Shown here one piece after another: positions 53,756 to 64,000 of a DNA stretch of 64,000 bases. Below the pieces are notes generated by a model, which was given only the letters and a program-made list of their open reading frames with translations, was not told the origin of the DNA and made no database searches. Position numbers and translations under genes: made by a program. The stretch comes from Octopus sinensis (taxonomy: Eukaryota): positions 97,154,001 to 97,218,000 of the forward strand of contig NC_043000.1 in the NCBI RefSeq assembly GCF_006345805.1. Reading direction: 5' to 3'. Position 1 is the first letter of the stretch. The number at the start of each line of letters is the position of its first letter.

Positions 53756-53959
53756 AAAATAAAAAGAAGAATTTGAAATTTTGGTGCAAGGCCAACAATT
53801 TTAGGGTAAGTAACTAGTAATTATTTTATCGATTCCGAAAGGGATGAAAGGCAAAGTCGACCTCGGCAGAATTTGAACTCAGAGAGTACGGATGGATGAA
53901 ATGCCGCTAAGCACACTGTTCGGAGTACTCTTGCTATCCAAATAATAATTATTTCTCGT

Positions 53960-54290
53960 ACTTTAATTCCACGTTCCTGCTGTAATACATATGATGGGGC
54001 TTCCTCTGCTTTTCTCAGCAGTTCTGAAACCGCTTCCCTGATACTACAATCCGAAGGCCAATCAGATGGAACACTGGAGAACAAGTTAAAAATGCACAGC
54101 ATCCCAACCTTTATTGGAAGTTTTGTATATTATCATTCCAATACTTCACATAACTCATTGAGATTCTCTTATTGTCTTCCCAAAGCACCGTCAACTGGAC
54201 AGCCTGGATTATTTTTCCCATCAGGTCAGGCCTTGTCATAAGATCGAGACGTTGTTTCGTTATGGCAAAATGGCTTCGTAACTTCCTTGT
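53960..54290 (-). mobile_element. HERO/NeSL-like RLE LINE C-terminal relic
   Basis: TRPDLM..IQAVQLTVLWEDN (RPDxV..ELTVPWE) and REAVSELLRKAEEAPSYV (AExASxWLW-like). Confidence 0.55.
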
Positions 54291-54522
54291 AACTTGATGA
54301 CACTCATATACACACATACCTATGTGTTAGTTTGGCTGACGTGCTTATGTGTTAATATGAAATATAAGTTTCGTTCCTGTGTGAAAATATGTACGTGGTT
54401 GTATTTGCGAGATAAGGAGCGATAGAAATAGAGAATGACATTGATGTGTGTGTGTATGTGTGTGTATCTGTGTGTATATGTGTGTCTGTTTGTGATTGCG
54501 TTAGTGATTTTGAGTATATATA

Positions 54523-54553
<31 letters not shown>

Positions 54554-54931
54554 CATACACACATACACATATATATATACATATATGTGTAAATATATAT
54601 ATATATATACACATATATATATACATATATGTGTAAATATATATATATATATATACATTTACACATATATACTTATGTGTGTGTGTGTGTGTACATATGT
54701 ATAGTGAGAGTGAGAAAACAGAAATTTATATCTACGATCAGGATATATTTCCCTGTATATGATAATCCTATTATAATGAGGATAGTTTTATCTCTGCGCA
54801 ATCTGTTATTTTCTCTATCAATCTATCTGTCCGTACGTTTCCTATGCTTTCCTACTTGCTACTTCCTAGTATTACTCCTCTTCCCTATTCTCACCTTAAC
54901 TTTTATACTTGAACGCACAAGCTTTCTCTCC

Positions 54932-54982
<51 letters not shown>

Positions 54983-55094
54983 TCTCTCTCTTTCTCTCTT
55001 ACATTCTCACTTCTTTCTCTTAATAACATACTTCCTTTTATTTCTCTTACTCAGTCATTTTTTTGTCTCTGTTTTCGCCTCTAAATTATTAACT

Positions 55095-55163
<69 letters not shown>

Positions 55164-55248
55164 TTGTGTGTAGATAGATAGTCACATACATAATTATATA
55201 CGTTTGTATATACGGGTATATCTATGCTTGCATACATACATACATACA

Positions 55249-55282
<34 letters not shown>

Positions 55283-57084
55283 CATACATACATACATACA
55301 TACATTTCAGAAAGAGAAATCGGTCGGCTAATTCGGATATTACAAGTGCAATCTGTGAGTGGAACAGTAAAAATATGCAAGAGTTTTCTCGAGCTCCAAA
55401 TGTGAATTTGTCTGTGTTAACTACATCCCAAAGATGGAGCCTTGTATCTTTGTAGGAAATCGGCTCCTTCCTCAATGGAAGATTTATAATTAAAAAATAG
55501 AAGAGATATGCATATATGTATTTAGCTGTATTAACTAGAGATGCGAGCAGATTTAGACTCATACATATTTTTTCTTTACTGCCCACAAAGGGCTAAACAT
55601 AGAGGGGACAAACAAGGACAGAGAAAGGGATTAAGTCGATTACATCGACCCCAGTGCGAAACCGGAACTTTACTTTTGGTGTAGTTTTAATGAGATTTCA
55701 TTAGGTTTCCTTTCACGTTCTGACCTTAAATTTCTTGGAAACTGTTCTTAAGTTCACTGTATTTACCATAGTTTCCAAGAAATTAACCGAGGATTATACA
55801 ATGATGATGCTCTGCTAATTGCATGTAAAAGACTATAAACCTTCTGCCTTAAAAGGCTTTGTAATAGACTATTTAGATCCTTTCAGAAATTATAAACTTT
55901 CTTATCTTTTGCGCTACTTATACCAAAAAGACAAATTTTCTCTAAGTTACTATTGACATAACTAGTAGCTACAAACTAAGTGAAAATACACACTACATTT
56001 ACAGATTATCTAATCGTCCTAGCTTAACAAAAGACAATTTAATTAGGATTATTTTTCCTAAGAATTTCTTTATTCATCAGCAAAAGAAGAAATTTTCAAA
56101 AACATCTACAATGAGGAAAGGCGGTGGTCTGGCAGAATCATAAGCACGCCGGGAAAAATGCTTAACGGCATTTCGTCCGTCATTACGTTATGAGTTCAAA
56201 TGCGGCTGAGGTCGACTTTGCCTTTCATTTTTTTTCGAAATCGATAAAATAAGTACCAGTTGAGTACTGGGACCGATGTAATCGACTTACACCAACACCA
56301 CGAAACTGCTGGCCTTATATCAAAATTTGAAACCAATGTTACGGTGAGATACTGGAATATAATTAAGTACATAATTAAGTACATTTACCTCGATGTATAG
56401 CGGCATTATACCAGCAGAGCTGATAATCCTCATTGAAGGGGAAGCAGTAGTTAGATTCAACAAGCAGAAACAACATAGAACGCAAACTAAAAAGTAATAT
56501 GCATAGTATGGTGGGTGCTAGTTTCTTATTTATTTACTGCCCACTAGGGGCTACACACAGAGGGGACAAACAAGCTAAGACAAAAGGATTAAGTCGATTA
56601 CATCGACCCCAGTGCGTAACTGGTACTTATTTAATCGACCCCGAAAGAATGAAAGGCAAAATCAACCTCGGCGGAATTTGGACTCAGAACGTAACGGCAG
56701 ATGAAATACGGCTAGGTATTTCGCCCGGCGTGCTAACGATTCTGTTAGCTCACCGCCCTTGGTTAGTCCTGGTTTCTGCATCATCATCTGAGTGATGTTA
56801 CCGAGATCCCTAGCGCAACCTGATAAGTAAACTGTTAAGAAATTTATAGTTTAAATTGCATTATACGAATATATGTGTGCGTGTATGCTTATAAGTATAT
56901 ACGTGAGTGAATTGTGTGCAGATACATGCATTTATGCATGTACATAAGTGTTCATGTGTATGTGCGTGCATTATATATATATATACATACAAGCATGTAT
57001 ACATACATGCATACATACATACACACATACATACATACATGCATACATACATACATACATACATACACATACATACACGCACAC

Positions 57085-57918
57085 AGAGTGCATTCTAGAA
57101 AGTTTGAAACTTTTTCACGAGAGTTATTTTATTAATTTCAAAGAATTACAAAACACTAATCCCCTTCAAACTCTAATCTACTTCAATGCACTTGTGGTAG
57201 CTCACCAGCCACTTCGTGAAAGCTCCATCGAATTTCTCCAATGTGAAAGTGTCCTGAACATTTATCACAGCTTTTCTCATCATATGACGCGGCTTGGAGA
57301 ACAACCGAAAGTCACAGGAAGCAAGGACTAAACTGCAGGGTGGAAGGCCTATTTTCGTATCCATCTCTATCAAGTTGGTGGTTATAAGAATAGAATTATG
57401 GACTGGTGTACAATTCTGATGCAGGTGCTCTAATCTTTTTCGACAAAATCCCTTCCTGTATTCCCTGAAAACTTCCACAAATTACATTTCTTATTGACCG
57501 TCTGGTGAGGGGTAACCATGTAGATGTAGATGATGCTCTTGCTGTCGAGAAAGGCGATCATCATGAGATTCTCCGTGGACTTGCTTTGCCTAGTCTCTTT
57601 TGCCATCGAAAAAAATATGCTCGACTCATAAAAGTTAGTCCATAAACAATATAGAGCAATTCATAAGTTTCTGTAGCGTTTTTACCCAGTTTAGCACGAA
57701 ACTTTATTGCATAGCAAGCTCCCAAATTGTCTTCACCTCCTGACTGTATTCTGAAAACTAGTCAGTTGTGATAAGCAGTGTATTCAAAGCGCTGTTACAG
57801 CCGTCTTCTTCAGTCTAGAATAACGAAAGTTGGCAGATAAGCTTATTAGATGAATAATAATGATACACTAAAATCACAATAATCTAGGACAGTTATAACT
57901 ACTTCTCCTAGAACGCCT
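57085..57918 (-). mobile_element. Decayed mariner transposon
   Basis: RQSKS..LMMIAFLDSKSIIY..QTVNK; LPPCSLVLASCDFRLFSK (HPPYSPDLAPxDFxLF); FTKWLVSYHKCIEVD. Ends are approximate. Confidence 0.7.
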
Positions 57919-58504
57919 CAAAACGTCTGTAATTCATCTCGTCTATATAAATGTGCGTTCGAGTGTTTGTATGTGTGTGTTGTGTGTTGTTGTAGGTGTG
58001 TATGCGTGTGTGTGTGTATGTGTGTGTGTTGTGTGTGTGTGTGTGTGTGTGTGTTGTGTCTATGTATAAAGGTATTATATGCAAGTGAATGTGAATTTAT
58101 CTCTGTTAGCATCAGTAATTATAATGTAACCACATTAATGTTTATGCACATGAGATATAATCTTGTTTGCATATTTACGTTACAACTTTTAGTAAACATA
58201 AAATGGATTTAGACAAACATATTTACGTAAATAATATCGAATAAAAGCATTTCTTCCAATAGCTTTCCTTGTAAAGGAGAAATAAAAGTTTGATGTAAAA
58301 TGCAATGCCACCACACAAACTTGTGTATGTATATACGATTGCTTCCTCTGTGTGTGAAATTATATTTAATTGGTGTTCGGGATAAATTTGACAGTTTGCA
58401 TAAAAAGCAAAACACAATTTCCCATCCAAACATAAGAATACTTTAAAAAGTCATTTTAAAACTTCAAAATATATCAACTATATTATGGTTGGGAGATAAC
58501 AGCT

Positions 58505-58900
58505 TACTGAAAATCAAAGAGCTGCCCTCAGTTTACATCACGGCCTCAAGACGGCTCTGGTAACAGGCGCATGCATTCCTCACTTTGTCCCTGGCAAGAT
58601 CTTCGAACACCTCCTTGATCTTGGCCACTAGCTTGGCTTTGGTGTTGCAGGCACAGTGGATGGTATCTTTCTCAGCCGCGCTTTACACATAGTGTCCGGT
58701 GGGATTACAAAGGAGAGAAATTTAGGGACCAGAAACTGGGGCGTGAAGTTGTAGAAATACTCAGACAACCATTTCTGACTTTTTCCGGAGGTGTGGCAAT
58801 GAGCTGAATAATGTTTCTACACATATTACCTTTCAGCAACAACTCTTTCCAGCCAGGATTTGACTACAGTCTCCAGCAGCTTCACATAGCCGTCTGTGTG
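58505..58900 (-). mobile_element. Tc1/mariner (maT/DD37D-like) transposase C-terminal relic
   Basis: YVKLLETVVKSWLERV, SAHCHTSGKSQKWL, FWSLN..CNP..YV, NTKAKLVAKIKEVFEDL..VRNAC..SRLEAV. Confidence 0.7.
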
Positions 58901-58909
58901 ACGTCATCA

Positions 58910-59226
58910 GCACCGGTGGCATATATCCGAGGGAGGGAAGAAGGGGGAGAAGCAAACACAGGTGCAGGTGTTTGAGCGTGGACGCCAACTCCGCCGCCAT
59001 CGACACACGAAAAATTATGCATTAAAATGGAATAAAAAATGATGTTAAATTATTTTTAAAATCGTAGACTCATCGTAGACGCGCGCTAATAGCCAGACAG
59101 GCTCGATATGAATCACGACTATAAGATACCCGGTTTTGGTTAAACTGCACCGCAAAATGTGGGAGTAGTTAGGAATCTAAATCGTAGGAGACAGACACTC
59201 ACACAACTACAGTTTTATATATATAG

Positions 59227-59227
<1 letters not shown>
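58910..59227 (-). mobile_element. Non-autonomous Helitron-like element, 5' part
   Basis: Minus strand starts TCTATATATATAAAACTGTAGTTGTGTGAGTGTCTGTC; homologous to 650-870. Confidence 0.5.
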
Positions 59228-59264
<37 letters not shown>

Positions 59265-59454
59265 ATTTATGTATGTATGTATTTATGTATGTATGTATGT
59301 ATGTATGTATGTATGTATGTATGTATGTATGTATGTGTGTATTTAAATAAGGATAAGATCGTTAATTTAAATTAAATAACGATCTTATCAAGTGGCCAGC
59401 ATGGAAATAAAAACCTTCAAAGGTAATAATATTATTAAAATAACTTACCCTAAG

Positions 59455-59532
<78 letters not shown>

Positions 59533-59749
59533 ATATATGTAAGTAGGTAGGTAGTATACATAGGTATGGTTGTATGTGAGCATACATGATGACCATGTGT
59601 TAACCTATGCATGTTTATATGTGCGTGTCTGCGTGTCTGCGTGTCTGTGTGTACGTGCGTGTGTACCTGTGTGTGTATGTGTCCGAGCGTATTTATACTA
59701 AGCTGCCAATAAAATGTAGAGGATAAGCCGGATGGATTCTAAGAATTTT

Positions 59750-60250
59750 CAGAACAAGAAGGCAAGAGACCTTGATAGTCAATGAGGAACATAAGTCTAG
59801 ATCATTGACCTCAGTTGTGGTCACCAGATACTGTAAAAGTTAATGGTTCCACTTGAAATAATCCAACGCTACCACACGAAGACTGCTACAATGCATCAGA
59901 ACAGTGACTAAGAAAGGTTGAAAAAGTTAATATTCTAAGTTTTAGAGCGAAGACGAGAAAGGTATGCAGTAATACATGTAGGAAAGATGCTAGAAGAACT
60001 GCCACCAAACTTTAGTCTTGAAAGATCATTGTAACCCTCAAATAGGGCGCTTCTACTTAGTGGCAAATATCCCATCCTTGCCATCCAGGTTTAAGACCTA
60101 GTAGTCCAAAAATTTAGGGGTCAAAGCTCCAAAGCTTTCAATAACCTAACGAAAGGCTTAAGAGACCTATATAGTGTTAATTTAAATGTATTCAAAATGC
60201 AGCTGAACCTTCCACTGTCAAGAATTCCGAGTAGCCTACTTCGTGACGGA
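59750..60250 (+). mobile_element. CR1-group LINE 3' relic; a weaker similar piece at ~28590-28800
   Basis: QLWSP..LEIIQR..ERLKKL..SLERRRERYAVI..FNNL..LRDL..FKMQL motifs. Confidence 0.7.
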
Positions 60251-60279
60251 AACACAACTGAGGGGAACACACACACACA

Positions 60280-60310
<31 letters not shown>

Positions 60311-63174
60311 CACAGTGCAACTAGTAAATAAATTTTTCCAAGTGTAAGTATATAAAAATAATTATAAATACCTTCAAGACACGAAACCGTGTCTCTGCGG
60401 GACTGCTGGATCTGTAAACAGTCCAACTTTTACAGATTTGTACATGCGTGATATTTATATTATCTTGGCATATTTACACTTCAAAATGTTCTTTGGCCAA
60501 TTACACTGGGTGCGCACGTGTGCGAGCGTTCCTATACTTGTGTGTATGTTTGTGTGGATCTATGTTCCAGTGAGAAGATACATACATATACATAGATACA
60601 CACTGACATACACACTCACATACATACATACATACATACATACATACATACATACATACATACATACATACACACAAGCATACATACATATAAATGTATA
60701 TATCATATTCTTTTTTTTTGTCGTTTACTTGTTTCAGTCATTTGGCTGCGGCCATGCTGGAGCACCGCCTTAAAGGGTTTTAGTCGAACAAATCGATACC
60801 AGGGCTGGAGCTTTTTAAGCCTAGTTCTTATTCTAGCGGTCTCTTTTGCCTAACCGCTAAGTTACAGGGACGTAAACACACTAACATCAGTTGTCAAGTG
60901 ATGGTGGGAAGACAACACAGACACACAGACAGACATGCACATAAATATATACGTACATATATGATGGAGTCTCCCTTCGTTAGACGACGTATGAGGGACT
61001 AACAATATCTTACCGAACAACCACACAGATGATTTGTTTATAGTGATCCTTCCATCAGATCGACATTATGTGTACACGTATGACGGGGTGTCACATGTCA
61101 GATGTTGAAATGATCGCACAACAACGTGAAATGAAGTGTTTTGAGTGAGTGAGTGAGTGAGTGAATGAGTGAATGAGTGAATGAGTGAGTGAGTGAGAAG
61201 TGAGTGAGTGATTAAGCGCTTGATTGATAGAATCATTGTAGTGCTGAGATTATTGTTTATAACCACTTACAGTTTCTATCACTGATCACAATAATCCGAA
61301 AAACGATAGCTGATCACGAAACTTTAACAGAACGTAATATCAGCACCACGCTAATTGCACTCTTCTTTTGTACTGGGTATTTTTTTCTCTCTTGTTTGTA
61401 AACTCTAGCTCACACATAGATGCATATAAATATACATCTATACATTATGTATGTGTGTATATATTTACACACACACATATATAAATATGTGTGTGTTCGT
61501 GTGCGCTCGTGTTTATGTTTATACATACTTATATCCTTATGCACACACAAAGGGAAAGCTAAAGCTTAAACAAACGTATGACGCTAAGTACGTCATCCGA
61601 ATGAATAAATAATATATTTGACATAATGGAAAGTATACCTTGCACGCTATTCCGGCGAAAAACGCCATTTTGAAATACGATCTAATGATACATCAACTTT
61701 CTTTTATAAATCTTGCTTTCAATATTATGAAACTAGCATTGAATGATTGAAGTTTCCGATTTACTGTAGCTGCATGTTTCTCATATTTGTTCATGTTCAC
61801 AATATTTGCTCATCAACTTGTTTCTGTGCAATGTTTTTTATTGAAGAAAAATATATAATCTGTACAAAAAGGTAAGATTTATTCTGGCTGTTGGTTTTCA
61901 TCTTTCATTCTTTGTCCTATAATTGAATGCATTCCAGCTGTATACATTTCCCAGTTTACTCATACATAGAGTAATCAAGGGCTATTTATTATCCAGTGTG
62001 TCATTCGGTTTTTTTTCTTTCTTTTTTTGACGTTGAAATGGCTTCTATTTCTAGTATATTGATCGATTGATTGGGGATTCTTTCGTTAACTTGTTGTTCA
62101 TTAGCCCCAGACCATATGTGATGAAACAGATCTCCGATAAAAAGTATTCCAGCCAAGAATATCCGATCATTCAGACACCTAAGACAAGAATACATTATCT
62201 AATGCACCGTTTCCTATTTTTATGAGAGTAGAGTTTTAGTTGAGGTAAAATTGGTTGCTATTTCTTAAAAGTCCAGTGATTATTTAGCGACTCGTTCGTT
62301 GACTCAAAGGAGACATTTTGTCAATTCGATCAGACTTATGATCAAAGATGGTTCAGTCATAATCATCTCGTACATTAATCTGATAGTACAAAGAGGACGG
62401 CGATATACACTGTAACATATTTGCTCTTTCTTCAGACTTGACCAGTCTTTACTCAAAACAGATTTATATGCTTGCTACGTCATGATCTGTGGTTTACAAG
62501 TTAAACATTCGACCTCAGTGCGCGTTGTAAGCTTGGGCAACTATTTTCTGCATAACTTCATGTCGCTCAATACGTTATGAGCGTTGTTTGTTGGGCGCAT
62601 ATGTTTGTACGTGTATATATATGTTTGTGCGTTTGCGTGCGGAGGGGTTGGTTGTGTTTCTATTAATGTTTCAATTAAATAAGTACTGGGGGTGATGTGA
62701 TTAACAATGTCCTTCAAGGTGATACCCAATTATGACCGTAGTTGCATGATTGAAACTCATAAAAGAATAATTGAATATATTGGGTTATCAGCATCCCAAA
62801 CAATAGTTATTCGTTGAAATTCATGTATTCCTTCCATTACTTTAAACATTGTAAAAAAAAAAGAAGAAAAAAGAAAAGAGAACAAGTATAAAAATTTGAA
62901 TGCCAGTCTATTCGTCGGACTCCGGGGATCGTTTTTAAAACTTGATCAATATAATCTATAAGTTTTCTGAATGTGTAGGTGCGTTTATGTGTCCGTAGTG
63001 AGCGCTTATGCGGCTGTTTGTGGCAGTGCTTTTAGGAATGTATCTAAAATTGTATATGTTTGGGTATATGATACGGAAATTTTTTTAGAAGCAGCAAAAT
63101 AATACAAAATAAAAGATTCGTAGGATTCGGTTTCACCCCTCTGAATTCTAATTCTGTTACAGTATCTACACGCA

Positions 63175-63234
<60 letters not shown>

Positions 63235-63386
63235 CATACATACATATATACATATATATGTATAGCTACATATATACATATGCATATATACACAAAAAAA
63301 CATATACATATACATACATGATACATATATACAAATATATATGTGTGAATATACCTATATATATATTGTGTGTATGTATGTACATA

Positions 63387-63435
<49 letters not shown>

Positions 63436-63451
63436 TATATATATAATATAT

Positions 63452-63496
<45 letters not shown>

Positions 63497-63532
63497 ATAT
63501 ATATATATATTATATATATATATATATATATA

Positions 63533-63595
<63 letters not shown>

Positions 63596-63877
63596 ATATA
63601 CAAATATATATATATATATGATATCTCGACTGACAGACTGATGTAATTTGCTACATAGAATTTCACCAGACGGATTACATACTGATACTCTCTTGAGGTA
63701 CATTTCCTTGTTGTTATATGATACTTTTGTTGATATTTTTAAGTAGAAAGTCGCATTTGTAAACTGCATTATGTATTATATTAATACATTGCTCCACAAT
63801 GTATTTAGTTTTCTATACTCCAGACCTCAGTATGTATGTATATATGTATGTACACACACACACATATATACGCACAC

Positions 63878-63944
<67 letters not shown>

Positions 63945-64000
63945 AACATATATACATGAACTTTTATAAATAATTAAACCTCTATACATACATAATAAAA

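Noticed and set aside
59393-59430. GGCCAGCATGG resembling the HDV ribozyme 5' end (similar at 30259)
   Set aside because: No downstream P1 complement or nested double pseudoknot found.

Overview
This is AT-rich, microsatellite-dense eukaryotic DNA with no host gene I can support; most of the ORF track is translated (TA)n/(CA)n/(TACA)n/(TAA)n. The tRNA-derived SINE families and repeat landscape suggest an octopus/cephalopod genome (inference). Recognisable content: (i) six + strand R4/Dong-type RLE LINE pieces, most sitting in (TAA)n arrays, plus HERO-like, CR1-group, Gypsy, Tc1/mariner and Helitron-like relics; (ii) many SINEs; (iii) several long inverted repeats and MITEs; (iv) a dense set of Penelope-like terminal repeats inserted in (TA)n that carry hammerhead ribozyme (HHR) motifs. 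Two observations stand out. First, a ~396-bp tandem repeat with an intact minimal type I HHR in each unit looks like a non-LTR retrozyme (24759-25668). Second, two unrelated repeat families (357-433 +, 24114-24183 -) contain all three HHR core strands in the reverse cyclic order (UH strand, then GAAA strand, then CUGANGA strand), so a monomer could only fold as a pseudoknotted, permuted hammerhead. All pairings were read by eye; no folding, alignment or database search was run.
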